Shown here: positions 16,904 to 26,567 of the stretch, piece after piece
Layout: every line of letters starts with the position of its first letter
Numbering within the stretch: position 1 is the first letter of the stretch
Sequence record: SRR31147125_4898
DNA length: 33,363 nt
Direction: 5' to 3' (one strand)
Program-made: the position numbers and the translations under genes
The notes under the pieces: model-generated
Seen by the model: the letters and a program-made list of their open reading frames with translations, nothing else
The model's database searches: none
Told to the model about the DNA's origin: nothing

Positions 16904-16961
16904 TTGACAAATTATAAGTGAAGCAATATTATATATGTAATGACATAGTGACATTATAACA
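16904..16961 (+). promoter_or_regulatory. Promoter and palindromic operator of catabolic operon
   Basis: TTGACA 16904-16909, 17 nt, TATTAT 16927-16932; TGTAATGAC-ATAGT-GACATTATA 16936-16958. Confidence 0.6.
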
Positions 16962-16967
16962 CTTTGA

Positions 16968-17936
16968 ATGGATAGTTGTATGAGAATAATAAGAACTGTA
17001 AATGGCGATATAAATGAAGATGAGCTTAAATGGTGTCAATGTCATGAGCACTTACTGATTGAAAAATGTAAATCTTATGATGTTGATAATAATTTGTATG
17101 TGGATGATGTTGATAAGAGTCTTTTTGAACTTAGCACATATATAAAAGCTGGTGGTAAATCTATTGTTGATGCACAGCCATATGATAGCGGAAGAATGGC
17201 GGAGAATTTACCATATATATCCAAAAAGGCGAATGCAAACATAGTTGCTGTAACTGGTTTTCATAAAAAGATATTCTACTATAATGATAGCTATTTATTT
17301 AATCAAAATGTTTCTAAGATATCTGAATTCTATATATCGGAGATTGAGCAAGGCATGCTTTCATCTAAAAAAAATGGTAGAAATCGGTTAAATAGCAAAG
17401 CTGGTTTGGTTAAAGCTGCGGTAGAAAGTGGAGATTTTTTGAAAGGCGAGTACGCTAAGCTGTTTGAAGCCTGTGCGAATGCTGCGTATGAAACAGGAGC
17501 TAGTGTATTTTGCCATTTAGATAAAGATGCAGATGCTATTGGTGTTATAAATTATTTTGTGGGCAAGGGTATTAAGCCAGAAAAGATTATATTGTGCCAT
17601 TTAGATAGAGCTAAATATGACTTTGATTATCACAGAGATGTTTTAAGCTGTGGAGTGTATTTAGAATATGATACCATACAACGCTTAAAATATCATAGCA
17701 ACAAGCAAGAGATTGAGCTGATTATGCAGATGATAGTTGATGGTTATGAAAAACAGATACTTCTTGGATTAGATACAACGAGGGCAAGATTAAAAGCATA
17801 TGGTGCTAAATTTGGTTTAGATTTTATTTTAACTGAATTTATAGATAGATTAAAAGAATATGGAGTAAAAGAGAAAAGTGTTGAGAGTTTTATGATCAAT
17901 AATCCTAAAAACGCTTTATCTATTGAAAAGCTGTAA
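16968..17936 (+). CDS. Phosphotriesterase-like (PTE/Php) amidohydrolase, probable lactonase
   Basis: IRTVNG, HEH, AVTGFH, GLVKAA, two CHLD motifs, LGLD, NP terminal motif. Confidence 0.88.
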   Translation: MDSCMRIIRTVNGDINEDELKWCQCHEHLLIEKCKSYDVDNNLYVDDVDKSLFELSTYIKAGGKSIVDAQPYDSGRMAENLPYISKKANANIVAVTGFHKKIFYYNDSYLFNQNVSKISEFYISEIEQGMLSSKKNGRNRLNSKAGLVKAAVESGDFLKGEYAKLFEACANAAYETGASVFCHLDKDADAIGVINYFVGKGIKPEKIILCHLDRAKYDFDYHRDVLSCGVYLEYDTIQRLKYHSNKQEIELIMQMIVDGYEKQILLGLDTTRARLKAYGAKFGLDFILTEFIDRLKEYGVKEKSVESFMINNPKNALSIEKL

Positions 17937-17953
17937 TATACAAGGAGGAAATA

Positions 17954-18895
17954 ATGATATTAGAAAAAGCAACACAACCAACATTTTATTTTATCGGCGT
18001 TACAACCGGAAAATCTTCCATTATGAAGGTTTTTCCTGAGTGGGCAGAGGCTTTAGGGCTGGATGCAGTTATGAAGGGGATTGATATTGAGATTCATGCT
18101 GAGCCAAAAGTTTACCGTGACGTTGTAGAATTTATAAAAAATGACGAACTATCACTTGGCGCGTTGGTGACAACACATAAAATAGACTTATACGATGCTG
18201 CAAAGGATATGTTTGAATATTTAGACCCTCATGCGCAGAATTTTGGGGAACTTTCTTCTATATATAAAGATGGTGATAAGCTTTGCGGTGCTGCAAAAGA
18301 CCCAATCACATCTGGTCTTTCTATGGACGAATTTGTACCTGCCGATTATTATGGCAAGACGAATGCTGATTTATATATTATGGGAGCAGGTGGCTCTGCA
18401 ATATCTATGGGTTTCCATGTGATGCAAGAAAAATTTAAAGGCAACTACCCGAGAAAAATTGTAATAGCTAATAGAAGCCAACCGAGATTGACGGAAATTG
18501 AAAAGATATTTACAAGATTAAACCCAGGCGGTATTGAATTTGAATATCATCTAACGCCACAAGCTGGTCAAAACGATAAGGTTATGGAAAACTTAAATAC
18601 TGGTTCGGTTATTGTTAATGCAACAGGGCTTGGTAAGGATAGACCAGGAAGCCCGCTAACTGATGATGCTGTTTTTCCTATGAATGCAAAGGTTTGGGAA
18701 ATCAACTATCGCGGGGATTTAAGATTTATGTATCAAGCATTAGAGCAAAAGGAAGAGCGCAACCTTGAAGTTATTGACGGATGGAAATATTTCATCTATG
18801 GATGGACATCTGTTATCTCTGATGTGTTCCATATGCCTATTGTAGGAGAAAAATTGGATGTATGCGATAAGATTGCAAGTAAATTTAGAAAGTGA
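17954..18895 (+). CDS. Shikimate dehydrogenase-like NAD(P)-dependent oxidoreductase
   Basis: LVTTHK, GAGGSA, ANRS, IVNATGLG, INY, DGW motifs. Confidence 0.78.
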   Translation: MILEKATQPTFYFIGVTTGKSSIMKVFPEWAEALGLDAVMKGIDIEIHAEPKVYRDVVEFIKNDELSLGALVTTHKIDLYDAAKDMFEYLDPHAQNFGELSSIYKDGDKLCGAAKDPITSGLSMDEFVPADYYGKTNADLYIMGAGGSAISMGFHVMQEKFKGNYPRKIVIANRSQPRLTEIEKIFTRLNPGGIEFEYHLTPQAGQNDKVMENLNTGSVIVNATGLGKDRPGSPLTDDAVFPMNAKVWEINYRGDLRFMYQALEQKEERNLEVIDGWKYFIYGWTSVISDVFHMPIVGEKLDVCDKIASKFRK

Positions 18896-18913
18896 TAAAG
18901 GAGTTAAACTATA

Positions 18914-19516
18914 ATGAGTGCTGTAAATAAGAACAGTGAGAAGTTTGATTGGCTAAAAGGCTTTACCGTAGATTTTGATAAGATTTCTGGCATGTCAAAA
19001 TCTGAAGCTGAGACATCAGTTAGGATGATGGAAAATATGAAAGGCATGTACGCGGATAGTGAAGCAGAGCAAGCCTTGATTGATGGAGAAAACCCTAAAG
19101 TATATGAATTTTATGAAATGGGTGCACCAGACCACGAAGGCGATTTGGCTTTTGGGACGTCGATTACTTATCCTGGGAAAGTTGGTGATGAATACTTTAT
19201 GACAAAAGGGCATTTTCACACTATTTTAAATACTGCAGAAGTATATTATTGCTTGAGTGGACATGGATATATGATGATGGAAAACCCAGAAGGCGACTGG
19301 TCTTGTAAAGAACTAAAACCGGGTGAAGCTATTTATGTGCCAAAGAGATATGCGCATAGAAGCATCAACGTTGGAACAGAACCGTTTGTTACGTTTTTTG
19401 TGTTTAGAGGTGATGCAGGTCATGATTACGGTACAATTGAGACAAAGGGTTATAGAAAACTTTTAGTTGAAAAAGACGGAAAACCAACTGTGGTTGATAA
19501 CCCAAAATGGAAGTAG
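18914..19516 (+). CDS. Cupin-type (archaeal-like) glucose-6-phosphate isomerase family protein
   Basis: PGKVGDEYFMTKGHFH, AEVY, HRSIN, AGHDYG. Confidence 0.88.
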   Translation: MSAVNKNSEKFDWLKGFTVDFDKISGMSKSEAETSVRMMENMKGMYADSEAEQALIDGENPKVYEFYEMGAPDHEGDLAFGTSITYPGKVGDEYFMTKGHFHTILNTAEVYYCLSGHGYMMMENPEGDWSCKELKPGEAIYVPKRYAHRSINVGTEPFVTFFVFRGDAGHDYGTIETKGYRKLLVEKDGKPTVVDNPKWK

Positions 19517-19525
19517 GTTAAGTGT

Positions 19526-20476
19526 ATGAAAATACTTGTAACACCGACATCGTTTCAAAAGCCGCAAAACGATGAAGCAAGAGCGTTATTGGAAAAGTTT
19601 GCGGATGAAGTTATTTATAATCCATATGGTAGACCATTGGAGACAGATGAAGTTGCTGAACTGATTCGAGGATGTGATGGATTTATTGCTGGACTTGATT
19701 ATATAGAAGCCAAAGCTTTTAGCGCAATGGATCAGTTAAAAGTGATATCCAGATACGGGGCAGGGGTAGATCGCGTTGATTTGGAGAGTGCTAAAGAAAA
19801 GGGGATTACAGTAACGAATACACCAGGTACAAATTCGGTTGCTGTATGCGAGTTGGCTTTTGGTCTTATGTTGTCATTAGCAAGGTCGATTCCGAGATTA
19901 AACAAAGCTGTAGAAAATGGCGAATGGCCAAGAAATAATGGTGTTGAGCTAAAAGGTAAAACACTTTCGATTCTTGGGCTTGGTGCTATTGGAAGAAACC
20001 TAGCTGAAAGAGCAATTGCTTTTGGTATGCATATTTGCGCATATGATCCTTATATTAATGAAGCTTATGCAAGTGAAAAAGGTATTAAGGTTTGTACATT
20101 TGATGAGGCTATTAGTAAGGGTGACTTTGTATCACTGCACATGCCTTTGATGGAAGCGACAAAGCATTGTATTAATGCTGATGCCATAAGCAACATGAAA
20201 GACGGTGTTTTTATTATAAACACAGCAAGAGGCGGTTTGATTGATGAAATTGCAGCGTATGAAGCCGTACAATCAGGTAAAATATCAGGTTTAGGATTGG
20301 ATGCATACGAATGTGAGCCTGTGACGGATTCACCTTTAGTGAAGCTTGATTGTGTAATTTCTACACCACATACTGGTGCTCATACTAATGAAGCAATAAG
20401 CGGTATGGGGATGACTGCAGTGGAAAATTTAGTAGCTGTTCTTGAAGGCAAAGATTGTAAAAATAAAATCATATAA
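19526..20476 (+). CDS. D-isomer-specific 2-hydroxyacid dehydrogenase (phosphoglycerate dehydrogenase-like, no ACT domain)
   Basis: RYGAGVD, GLGAIG, INTARG, DAYECEP, TPHTGA. Confidence 0.9.
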   Translation: MKILVTPTSFQKPQNDEARALLEKFADEVIYNPYGRPLETDEVAELIRGCDGFIAGLDYIEAKAFSAMDQLKVISRYGAGVDRVDLESAKEKGITVTNTPGTNSVAVCELAFGLMLSLARSIPRLNKAVENGEWPRNNGVELKGKTLSILGLGAIGRNLAERAIAFGMHICAYDPYINEAYASEKGIKVCTFDEAISKGDFVSLHMPLMEATKHCINADAISNMKDGVFIINTARGGLIDEIAAYEAVQSGKISGLGLDAYECEPVTDSPLVKLDCVISTPHTGAHTNEAISGMGMTAVENLVAVLEGKDCKNKII

Positions 20477-20712
20477 CTATGAATCTTGTTTTTGATTTTG
20501 ACCGTACACTGTTTGATATGAGATCTATTATAAGTGCAGCTTATAATAGGGCACTTAAAGCACTTTATGAACCAGAAAGGTGTTTTATCTTGTGTTGGTG
20601 TGTCCATAAGAGATATAGTTAATTTGCTTTTACCCGATAAGCGAAAGACCGAATGTATTGTGAATAGCTCAAAAGAGATTTTTGGATATTATATTTAATT
20701 TAGGAGAATAAA

Positions 20713-21354
20713 ATGAGCAAAATAGATGTTATAAAGAAGCTGACTGATTGCGGGGTTGTTGCAGTCGTTAGAGCTGAAAGTGAAGAACAAGCGTTAAAGA
20801 TTGCCGATGCATGCGTAAAAGCAGGCATAGTTGGAATAGAGATTACATACACAGTTCCAGTCGCTACAAAAATTATTGAGGCGCTTGCAAAAGTGTATGG
20901 TGATGGTGAAATTATTATTGGTGCAGGTACTGTATTGGATCCAGAAACTGCAAGGGCAGCGATATTGGCGGGTGCGAAATATGTGGTGTCACCTTGCTTG
21001 GATGTTCCGACAATAAAGCTTTGCAACACATATGATGTTCCTTGTATGCCTGGGGCTATGACTTTAAAAGAAGCAGTTGAAGGTATGCGTGCTGGGGCTG
21101 ATATCATAAAGATATTCCCAGGTGGATTATTTGGTTCTGCGATTATCAAAAACTTTAAAGGACCAATGCCGCAGATGAAGATGATGCCGACTGGCGGTGT
21201 TGATGAAACAAATGTTGGAGAATGGATTAAGGCTGGTGCTGTTGCCGTTGGGGCTGGTAGTAGTTTAACAAAAGGAGCGTTAACTGGTGATTATGATTCT
21301 ATCGTAGAAATTGGCAAGAAGATGGTTGCACAAGTTAAAAAAGCTCGTCTATAA
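20713..21354 (+). CDS. eda: KDPG/KHG aldolase family protein
   Basis: VAVVR, IEIT, GAGTVLD, VVSP, KIFP, PTGGV. Confidence 0.88.
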   Translation: MSKIDVIKKLTDCGVVAVVRAESEEQALKIADACVKAGIVGIEITYTVPVATKIIEALAKVYGDGEIIIGAGTVLDPETARAAILAGAKYVVSPCLDVPTIKLCNTYDVPCMPGAMTLKEAVEGMRAGADIIKIFPGGLFGSAIIKNFKGPMPQMKMMPTGGVDETNVGEWIKAGAVAVGAGSSLTKGALTGDYDSIVEIGKKMVAQVKKARL

Positions 21355-21408
21355 AATAGGTTGCCATAAATATTATAATATAAGAGTTTTGTGTAAAAGC
21401 AAAAAGTT

Positions 21409-21450
21409 GCCCTTAGAATTTCCCTCCTTTTAAAATTTAAGGGCTTTCTT
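21409..21450 (+). terminator. Hairpin/terminator after aldolase gene
   Basis: GCCCTTAGAATTT / AAAATTTAAGGGC imperfect stem followed by TTTCTT. Confidence 0.5.
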
Positions 21451-21644
21451 ATGCAAAAAAATGTTGAGGATATTTTGATTATTCAATCCAGTTTCACAAA
21501 AAAACAGATTTATGATGTTGTTTTCACTTAAAAATATGTAAACGGTTTACTGTATATTTATGTACTATTTTGTTAAAAAAACTTAATAAAAGCTTAAAGA
21601 AGGTATTAAATATCTGTTTTTAACTAAAAAAATTAAAAAATGTG

Positions 21645-21701
21645 TTGACATTTTAAGCTTGGTGAGTATAATAATAAACATGATATGAAACCGATTACAT
21701 A
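21645..21701 (+). promoter_or_regulatory. SigA promoter plus LacI-type operator
   Basis: TTGACA 21645-21650, 16 nt, TATAAT 21667-21672; ATGAAACCGATTACAT 21685-21700. Confidence 0.7.
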
Positions 21702-21718
21702 TAAATGGAGGATGAACA

Positions 21719-22753
21719 GTGACAATTGACGATATCGCAAAAAAGGCTAAAGTCTCTAAAGCAACAGTGTCAAGAGTGCTGAATGATTCCGGTTATGTCG
21801 GTGAAGAAACAAAAACGAAAATTAACGAAATTATTGAGAAATATAACTACGTACCATCATCTCACGCGAGAAACCTATCTAAACAGGATAGTGACGTAAT
21901 AGGTGTAGTGGTTCCAGAATCTGAAAACCCGTTTTTTGGTGAAGTGTTTGTTGGTATTAGTGAAATCGCCAATGAAAATGGTTTGGCAGTGATGTACTGT
22001 AATACAAGAAAGTCTGAAGAGCTTGAGCGAAGAGCTTTAAATATGTTCAGACAGCAGCGGATAAAAGGACTGATTATAACACCGGCTACTGAAGGTAAAT
22101 ATTCAAATGAGCAAGCACAAAGCTTTGAATCATTGGTTGAAAGTCTAAATGTTCCGGTTATTTTACTGGACAGAGATGTTAATCCAACATGGAGTGGGGT
22201 TTTCACCGATGGCTATCAGGGTTCATATACGTGTACAAAGCTACTGATCGATGAAGGACATACGAAGATTGGTAATGTAACAGGTGATCTTGATTTAAAA
22301 ATTGCTCAAACTAGACTTAAAGGATATAAAGGTGCATTGCAAGAAGCTGGGCTGAAAATAGAAGAAAAGTATATCTATGAAGGTGATTTTGCTCAATATA
22401 AATCCTATGAAATTGTTAAAGAGATGTTGAAAAGTAAGGACCGACCGACTGCGATTGTAACGGCTAACAACTTGACAACAGTTGGTGCAATTAGAGCGAT
22501 TAATGAAGCTGGTTTAAAAATACCAGATGACATAGCGATGGTGGGATTTGATGATGTACAGATGATTAACTTTATGAATATCAAGTTAACCGTTGCTGAG
22601 AGAAAAACAAAGGATATGGGCCATGAAGCGATGGCGTTGCTTTTGAAACTGATTGAGGAACATTCACAAGGGAAAAAGCCGAAGATGACGAATCGTATTG
22701 TCATGATACCCGAAATAATCAAACGGGGTTCCGAAAAGCTTATAAAGAAGTAG
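21719..22753 (+). CDS. LacI family transcriptional regulator
   Basis: TIDDIAKKAKVSKATVSRVLN HTH; IPDDIAMVGFDD; GGAGG RBS, GTG start. Confidence 0.95.
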   Translation: MTIDDIAKKAKVSKATVSRVLNDSGYVGEETKTKINEIIEKYNYVPSSHARNLSKQDSDVIGVVVPESENPFFGEVFVGISEIANENGLAVMYCNTRKSEELERRALNMFRQQRIKGLIITPATEGKYSNEQAQSFESLVESLNVPVILLDRDVNPTWSGVFTDGYQGSYTCTKLLIDEGHTKIGNVTGDLDLKIAQTRLKGYKGALQEAGLKIEEKYIYEGDFAQYKSYEIVKEMLKSKDRPTAIVTANNLTTVGAIRAINEAGLKIPDDIAMVGFDDVQMINFMNIKLTVAERKTKDMGHEAMALLLKLIEEHSQGKKPKMTNRIVMIPEIIKRGSEKLIKK

Positions 22754-22766
22754 TTTTTTTACAAGC

Positions 22767-22786
22767 GATATGGAAGCGGTTACATA
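22767..22786 (+). promoter_or_regulatory. Second LacI-type operator upstream of ABC transporter
   Basis: GATATGGAAGCGGTTACATA is 17/20 identical to GATATGAAACCGATTACATA at 21682-21701. Confidence 0.65.
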
Positions 22787-22850
22787 ATTTGAATGATATG
22801 TTTGACCATAATGGTATGGTTGATTAAAAAATATTCCAGGAGGAAAAAGA

Positions 22851-23918
22851 ATGAAAAAATTATTAGTTGTTATTTTAGTGTTAGCTATGATGTTTACTTT
22901 TGTAGCATGTGGGGCGCAAGAAGCTGCACCAGAAGAGGAAGCTGCTGCTGAACCTGCAAAAGCAGAAGAAGCTGCACCAGAAGAGGAAGCTGCTGAGCCT
23001 GTTGAGATTGCTTGTATTATCAAAGCGACAAGCAGTGATTTTTGGCAATATGTTTTGGTTGGTGCTGAAAATTATGGTATCGAACAAGGTGATGCAGTTA
23101 ACGTAACAACATATGGTCCTGCTACAGAAGCTGAAATCGAAGAGCAAGTTTCGATTCTTGAAGGTGTTATAAATTCTAACCCTGATATCATCGTTATCGC
23201 TTCTACATCTTCTGATGCAACTGTTGATGCAATCAACGAAGCAAGAGAAAAAGGCATCATCGTTGTTACAATCGATAACAAAGTAAACACAGAAGTTGAT
23301 TCTTTCTTAGCTACAGATAACATTGTTGGTGGCGCAACAGCTGCTGAGCAATTGGTTGCTTCTATGATAGAAAAGCAAGGTGTTGAAAGTGCATCTGATC
23401 TAGAAGGTACAGTTGGTCTTGTAACAGCAATGAGTGGTGTTCAAGTTCTTACAGATAGAGATAAAGGTTTTTCAGATAAAATGGCTGAACTTGCTCCTCA
23501 ACTTGAAATCCTAGAAACTATTGACATCAACAATGATATGGCAATGGGCGTTGAAAAATTTGAAGCACTTGTAAAAGCAAATACAGACTTAGCTGGAGTA
23601 TTTGGAGACAACAATACTGGTGGTAATGCAGTTGCTAACGTACTTTCAGACAAAGGCATGGATAATGTTGCTGCAGTAGCATATGATTCTGACCCTGCTG
23701 AAGTTCAAGCGGTTAAAGACGGATGGCTACAAGGAATAGTTGTTCAAGATCCTTATAGAATGGGTTATGATGGATGTACATATGGTATGGATATGCTTCT
23801 AAACGGAACTGATCTTCCAGATTATGTTGATACAGGTGCAGTATTGATTACAGCTGCAAATATCGATGATCCTGATAGTTTAGGTCTATTAGATCCTTTC
23901 ACAAGAAGTTTGAAGTAA
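22851..23918 (+). CDS. Sugar ABC transporter substrate-binding lipoprotein (RbsB-like)
   Basis: Lipobox FVAC, Ala/Glu/Pro linker, ATDN, VQDPYRMGY, VDTG. Confidence 0.93.
   Translation: MKKLLVVILVLAMMFTFVACGAQEAAPEEEAAAEPAKAEEAAPEEEAAEPVEIACIIKATSSDFWQYVLVGAENYGIEQGDAVNVTTYGPATEAEIEEQVSILEGVINSNPDIIVIASTSSDATVDAINEAREKGIIVVTIDNKVNTEVDSFLATDNIVGGATAAEQLVASMIEKQGVESASDLEGTVGLVTAMSGVQVLTDRDKGFSDKMAELAPQLEILETIDINNDMAMGVEKFEALVKANTDLAGVFGDNNTGGNAVANVLSDKGMDNVAAVAYDSDPAEVQAVKDGWLQGIVVQDPYRMGYDGCTYGMDMLLNGTDLPDYVDTGAVLITAANIDDPDSLGLLDPFTRSLK
22918..22995 (+). repeat. Intragenic 30-bp direct repeat (48-bp period) in binding-protein linker
   Basis: AAGAAGCTGCACCAGAAGAGGAAGCTGCTG at 22918 and 22966 (EAAPEEEAA twice). 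Confidence 0.85.
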
Positions 23919-23939
23919 AAAAAATTATACATAATAGTA

Positions 23940-23969
23940 AATCGAGCCGCCAAATTTGGCGACTCGATT
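23940..23969 (+). other. Intercistronic stem-loop after binding-protein gene
   Basis: AATCGAGCCGCCAA-AT-TTGGCGACTCGATT with no T tail; typical position for mRNA-stabilising hairpins. Confidence 0.6.
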
Positions 23970-24044
23970 GCTATAATAGAGAGAAGAAACAGCGAATTTA
24001 ATTTGAAATTAGGCAAAAACATTTTTTAATATAAAAAGGAATGG

Positions 24045-25571
24045 ATGAAAGATGGAAAAAGAGAATTGTTGCGCTGCGAAAACATAAGCAAAACTTTTCC
24101 GGGTGTTAAGGCATTAAGTGGTGTTAACCTACAAGTCTTAGAGGGCGAGGTTCATGCATTGATGGGTGAAAACGGCGCTGGAAAATCAACGATTATCAAA
24201 TGTATTATGGGTGTTTATAAAAAAGATCCGGGTGCAGGTGAGATATATGTTGAAGGGAAAGAAGTAGAAGTTGAAGGACCATTGCACGCAAAAAAATTGG
24301 GTCTTGGAGCAGTTTATCAAGATGTTATGATGGCAAAGGATTTAACCGTTGCCGAAAACTTCTTTTTGGGTGAATTGCCAAGAACAAAGATTGGAACTGT
24401 GGATTGGAAAACCGCGCATCAAGAGGCAACAGCGATTTTGAAAGAGCTGCGAATTGATGTGGATACAAAAAGCATTCTAGGAAAGCTTTCGATTGCAAAA
24501 CAAGAGATGGTAGCGATTGCAAAGATGTATGCTGATAATTGTAAGGTTGCAATCTTTGATGAGCCAACTGCTCTGCTTTCCACAGAAGAGACGGTTATAC
24601 TTTTTGAATTGATCGAAAGATTGAAAAATTCTGGTATGGGTATTATCTATATCTCGCATAGAATGAAAGAAGTATTTGAAATATCAGATCGTGTAACTGT
24701 GTTTAAAGATGGTAAATATATGGATACATTGATCACAAAAAACACCAATGAAGATGAAATCATTCAGTTGATGGTTGGAAGAAGTGTTGTAGACCTATAC
24801 GGCATTAAACGTCCTAAACGTAGTGAAGACATTGCGCTAGAGGTTAAAGGTTTATCACGAAATGGTATTTTTAAAGACATCAGCTTTGATGTAAAAAAAG
24901 GCGAGATATTTGGAATGTTTGGCTTGGTAGGTGCAGGAAGAACGGAGATTGTCGAAACCATATTTGGTGCAGAACACTATGATACTGGCGAAATATTTAT
25001 TCATGGTGATAAATACAAAGGGAAATCCCCAAAAGAATCTATTAAAAAGGGCGTTGGTTTTTTAACAGAAGATAGGAAGAAAACAGGTCTTTATATGAAA
25101 CTATCGGTTAAAGACAACACCAATGCATTATCCTATAAAAAACTTTCTAAGTATGGTGTTATCAGCAACAAGATGGAACACAAGAATGCGGAAGAGTTTA
25201 AAGAAAAACTTGATATTAGAACACCATCGGTTGTTCAGTTAGCTCAAAACTTGAGCGGAGGAAATCAACAGAAAGTGGTGATATCAAAGTGGTTAAGCAA
25301 CGAAAGTGATATTTTGATTATTGATGAACCAACTGTAGGTGTGGATGTTGGTGCCAAAGTTGAGATATATAAGCTTTTAGAGGCGTTGATAAGTCAAGGG
25401 AAGTCTATTATTTTGATATCATCATATTTACCAGAGGTTATGGGTCTTGCAGATAGAATTATGATTGTATCAGAAGGCAAAAATATGGGCGTTATAGATA
25501 GAAGTGAATACGGACTTGCAAGCTACGAAGATGAACAGCGCTTTGTAAAACTTGCATCTGGATTGAGATAG
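24045..25571 (+). CDS. Sugar ABC transporter ATP-binding protein (CUT2, RbsA-like)
   Basis: GENGAGKST, DEPT, LSGGNQQKV, tandem NBDs. Confidence 0.95.
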   Translation: MKDGKRELLRCENISKTFPGVKALSGVNLQVLEGEVHALMGENGAGKSTIIKCIMGVYKKDPGAGEIYVEGKEVEVEGPLHAKKLGLGAVYQDVMMAKDLTVAENFFLGELPRTKIGTVDWKTAHQEATAILKELRIDVDTKSILGKLSIAKQEMVAIAKMYADNCKVAIFDEPTALLSTEETVILFELIERLKNSGMGIIYISHRMKEVFEISDRVTVFKDGKYMDTLITKNTNEDEIIQLMVGRSVVDLYGIKRPKRSEDIALEVKGLSRNGIFKDISFDVKKGEIFGMFGLVGAGRTEIVETIFGAEHYDTGEIFIHGDKYKGKSPKESIKKGVGFLTEDRKKTGLYMKLSVKDNTNALSYKKLSKYGVISNKMEHKNAEEFKEKLDIRTPSVVQLAQNLSGGNQQKVVISKWLSNESDILIIDEPTVGVDVGAKVEIYKLLEALISQGKSIILISSYLPEVMGLADRIMIVSEGKNMGVIDRSEYGLASYEDEQRFVKLASGLR

Positions 25572-25586
25572 AGGGAGAAAAGAAAA

Positions 25587-26552
25587 ATGTTAGCTAAATT
25601 AAAAAATAAAAAAGGATTGAATCCTATAAAAAGTATTTTAGAATCATCCGCAGGAGTTGTATTGATTGTTTTATTCTTGCTTTGGGTGACTTTGACAATT
25701 ATGACAGATACGTTTTTTAAACCAGATAACTTATCTGACCTATTTAGAGCAACTGCGATATATGGCATTATTGCTATAGGTATGACGTTTGTTATTTTAA
25801 CTGGAGGTATCGATTTATCTGTTGGTTCGGTTGTGGGGCTTTCAAGTATATTGGTTTCAATGCTTATGGTTAAGGGCGTTGCAATTTTTCCTGCAATCAT
25901 TATATCTGTTATGGCGGGAACGTTTGTAGGTGTTGTAAATGGTATCATAATTCACTACGGAAAAGTACCACCGTTTATAGCGACATTGGGGACAATGACG
26001 ATTACACGCGGTATTATAAAGTTGATATCAGAAGCAAAGATGATTACTGGTCTGCCAGATAGTTTTAAACTGTTTGCAAAAGAAAAGTTTTTAGGCGTAC
26101 CTAACTTAGCTTGGGTATGGTGTATTGTAATAATTATATCATGGTTTGTATTAACAAGAACAATCTATGGTAGAAATGTTTATGCGATTGGCTCAAACGA
26201 AGAATCTGCAAGGCTTGCAGGTATTAATATTCCTAGAAACATTATTTATGTATATGCAACTAGTGCGGTTTTATGCAGTATTGCTGGTGTTATGCTGGCT
26301 TCCAGATTGAAATCTGGTATTCCAACTTCAGGTACAGGGTACGAGTTGGATGCGATTGCAGCGACTGTTGTTGGTGGAACATCGCTTAGCGGTGCAAAAG
26401 GCGGTGTTATAGGAACTGTTTTTGGTTCTATTTTATTGGCTACCATCAGAAATGGTGGTGTTTTGCTTGGGGTCAACCCGTTTATTTTAGAAATTATTAT
26501 AGGTTCGTTGATTGTTGTAGCGGTTATAGCGCAAAGAGGATCTAGCAAATAA
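25587..26552 (+). CDS. Sugar ABC transporter permease (RbsC-like)
   Basis: GGIDLSVG, PPFIATLG, YELDAIAATVVGGTSLSG. Confidence 0.95.
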   Translation: MLAKLKNKKGLNPIKSILESSAGVVLIVLFLLWVTLTIMTDTFFKPDNLSDLFRATAIYGIIAIGMTFVILTGGIDLSVGSVVGLSSILVSMLMVKGVAIFPAIIISVMAGTFVGVVNGIIIHYGKVPPFIATLGTMTITRGIIKLISEAKMITGLPDSFKLFAKEKFLGVPNLAWVWCIVIIISWFVLTRTIYGRNVYAIGSNEESARLAGINIPRNIIYVYATSAVLCSIAGVMLASRLKSGIPTSGTGYELDAIAATVVGGTSLSGAKGGVIGTVFGSILLATIRNGGVLLGVNPFILEIIIGSLIVVAVIAQRGSSK

Positions 26553-26567
26553 ACCTCAGGAGAAATT

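Noticed and set aside
16968-17936. PTE as quorum-quenching enzyme for the neighbouring peptide lactone, or as an organophosphate hydrolase
   Set aside because: It heads a GntR-controlled sugar operon; proximity alone is not evidence
19526-20476. serA assignment
   Set aside because: No ACT domain and a catabolic context
20477-20712. Possible riboswitch (GGGCACTT resembles part of c-di-GMP-II)
   Set aside because: The downstream conserved AGTGCAACC element is absent; an Rfam scan is needed
22918-22995. Direct repeat as CRISPR or mobile-element signal
   Set aside because: Two in-frame copies in a lipoprotein linker; ordinary
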